Of a stretch of 20,878 nucleotides of DNA, positions 18,230 through 20,878 are shown one piece after another. Source of the stretch: Zygophlyctis sp. KS116 (Eukaryota > Fungi > Chytridiomycota); NCBI GenBank assembly GCA_054661495.1, contig BAAFSQ010000174.1, forward strand, positions 1 through 20,878, in the 5' to 3' direction. Numbering within the stretch: position 1 is the stretch's first letter; each line of letters opens with the position of its first letter. The position numbers were made by a program, and so were the translations under genes. The notes beneath the pieces are model-generated. The model ran no database searches. It was not told the origin of the DNA and saw only the letters and a list, made by a program, of their open reading frames with translations.

Positions 18230-20736
18230 ATGAATAGTTTGCCAGATCTATCCAGCATCATTACGGAAAATGTAAGAATATCCCCAATATTCTTTCCAGA
18301 AACCCCATCGCCCGGCAGCGCAAGAGAACCGGACAATGGAATTATTTATACACTGACACAAGGAATGAAAATGACAAAAATTCCAAATAAGTCGACTTCA
18401 AGGCCGAAAATTAGATTTATAAAGGTGGATTTAGAGCCTCTTCAGATTGATTTTGAGTCTAAAAATGGTTCTAAAGGTATTCTATAATTCTACTTATGAT
18501 CATAGTGGATTTTGACTCTATAAAGGAAATTAGATTAGGACCTAATACAAGAGCTTTTGAATCTCACGATAGAGTTCCGCTACATGATTGCGCATTCTCG
18601 GTGATTTATGTTGATAAAGGGAAATACAAGATTTTAAATTTAGGTAATTTTACTAGTCTAAATCAAGTTGCGCCATCTCAAGAAGCATGTGTAAATTGGG
18701 TTTTTGGTCTAACAATGCTTTTCGTTCAGTCTTTGAATGATGATCCTGCACAAGTACATTTGACAATGTCGGGATTTCTAAAGAAAATGTGGTTAAAAGT
18801 GGATTTGAAAAATTCTGGATATTTGTGTTTTGATGATGTGACTCTATTAATGAGAAAGTTGAATATTAATTTATCAAGATTAGAAGTCAAATCAACTTTC
18901 AAGGTAAGAAATATGAATTTAGAAAGTATAGAATGCAAATATTACAACTTTAGATACTTTAAGTTTTGATTCTTTTGAAAGATACTACAGGAATTTGGCC
19001 TTTAGACCGGAAATTTCAGAATTATTTCAGAAAATTGCAGTTTTAAATGGTTCTGGGATTACGTTTGAAGAGTTTCGTCTCTTTGTGAGAGATTATCAAA
19101 AAGTCAATTGGTCAGAAGATAGAATTCATGAAGTTTTTACAAAGTATTCACAAGATAAAGATTTAAATTTAATGGACATGAATCATTTCACGGCTTTCTT
19201 ACTATCAGCAAATAATTCAATCTTTAAAAAAGAACACTCTATTGTATATCAAAATATGGATTTACCATTATCAAGTTATTATATAAATACATCTCATAAC
19301 ACATATTTATTAGGAGATCAAATTGCTGGTGAAAGTTCGGTTGAAGGTTATATTCGGGCTTTACAACAAGGATGTCGATGTATTGAATGTAAGATTGAAG
19401 GAAAAGGTTGAAATATAGTGGATTGTTGGGATGGTGTGAATGGAATGCCGGTTGTTTATCACGGTCATACATTGTATTTAGTCTCTTGCTAATATTAGAA
19501 CAAATAAGATTTCCTTTAAAGAGGTAATTGAAGCAATTGCAAAATATGCTTTTGCTGCTTCTAGTTATCCACTTGTACTATCATTAGAAGTACATTGCTC
19601 CATAGAACAACAAAATATCATGGCTAGTTTATTCCATTCAGTTTTTTCAGATTCATTAGTATTGGCACGAAAAGATGATGCAGAAAATGTATTACCGTCC
19701 CCAGAATCTTTAAAGGGTAAAATTATTTTAAAAGGAAAGGTAGCTGCTACATCTCCTCCTAGTTCAGACTCTGAAATTGCAAACCAGAAACTTAAATCTG
19801 AAAAGTGTTTGGGAAGGTCTTTATCTTTTAATCCAGTTCTAAAATCAGAAAATAGTCAAACAAAGAGTATTCGCAAAGTTTCTGGTTCCCGTTTAACCAG
19901 CCAAATTGTATATTGTAAAAAAATCCATTTCCCCGGATTTCCACTTAACGGTATAATACTAAATTAACAGTTTAGATCACAAATTTTATCATATGTTTTC
20001 CTTTTCTGAAAAGCGATCGAATTATCTAATTTTTAAAAATCCTGCTGACTATATGAAGTATAACAAGAATTTTCTGACACGCGTATATCCAGCAGGTATC
20101 AGAATTACATCTTCAAACTTTAACCCATTACCTCATTGGATGATAGGATGTCAATTAGTAGCCCAGAATTTTCAAACATTTGGTAATTTTTGTATTTTAT
20201 TATAATACTAGATAAACCGCTTCAAATCAATTATGCTCTATTTTCAGGCAATGGTCATTGTGGATACATTCTCAAACCTTTTCTTGAATCCCAAAACCCA
20301 AATCCAGCAAAATTACGATTAAAGGTTTAATACATACTATATAACATTTCTAGATCATATCAGGGCAGCAACTTCCAAAACCAAAAGATAGCAATTCAGC
20401 CTCGATTGTTGATCCGAGTATCGATGTTGAAATAATTGGTCGCCCGATTGATTGCGCAAAGTTTAGAACAAGATCTATATATAATAACGGTACTTTGTAT
20501 GTCTTTATCTTAAAGGATTTAATCCAGTTTGGATGGAAGAATTTGAATTTACGATTTCTCAAATGGAATTATCGTTTTTACGCTTTACTGTTCTCGACTT
20601 GACACAGCATATTTGTAGCTATACTATTCATTTACCGAATTTAATGCAGGGATACCGACATGTACCCCTTTATAACTGGAAAGGAAATTTGGCTAGATTT
20701 TCTACTTTGTTTGTATATATCAGCATTTTCAAATAA
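18230..20736 (+). CDS. PLC1: Phosphoinositide-specific phospholipase C (PH, EF-hand, X/Y catalytic, C2), multi-exon
   Basis: IKEIRLG (PH); YYINTSHNTYLLGDQ..ESSVEGYIRALQQGCRCIE and DCWDG (X box); LPSPESLKGKIILKGK; LTRVYPAGIRITSSNFNP (Y box); IISGQQLPK and GYRHVPL (C2). Joined through many short introns. Confidence 0.95.
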
Positions 20737-20878
20737 TCGGACGAAATGATTCTTAGTAAACCTCTAAGTCGTTTTAATATTGAGCCACTCGCAATCTTTA
20801 CTTAGAACTTTCAATCAATACCAATGGATAATCAAACACTTCAAGTATTCAACATCTACATTATTCAAGATGTGCAAT

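Noticed and set aside
20763-20878. Possible 3' end of a minus-strand gene
   Set aside because: Truncated by the window edge, with ambiguous splicing.
1-20878. Ciliate origin or alternative genetic code suggested by tiny introns; also CRISPR, tRNA and rRNA genes
   Set aside because: TAA and TAG terminate conserved genes normally, and no such arrays or RNA genes were recognised.

Overview
AT-rich, very compact eukaryotic DNA in the standard genetic code, most consistent with a flagellated early-diverging fungus (chytrid-like; inferred from an IQCH homolog, fungal-type NPC2/PLC/ISU1 and a Crinkler-type gene). The backbone genes are NPC2, IQCH-like, DNAJC9-like, a C2H2 zinc-finger factor, TRM11, an F-box/LRR protein, ISU1, a nucleoside hydrolase, a SOUL heme-binding protein and PI-PLC. 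Most are split by tiny (about 23-32 nt) GT-AG introns and packed so tightly that convergent CDSs overlap. The most notable structure is a ~3.26 kb accessory cassette (7719-10982) between DNAJC9 and the zinc-finger gene. It is bracketed by a ~430 bp direct duplication of host sequence (7290-7718 / 10983-11417) and carries two divergent intronless genes: a Crinkler-type ubiquitin-like-header + PD-(D/E)XK nuclease effector and a non-RD Ser/Thr kinase. The cassette also holds internal repeats, a relic of the effector 3' end, and a double hairpin before the kinase ATG. A possible decayed BED-finger transposon remnant with adjacent GC-rich hairpins lies at the left end. All gene models were spliced by eye and no searches were run.
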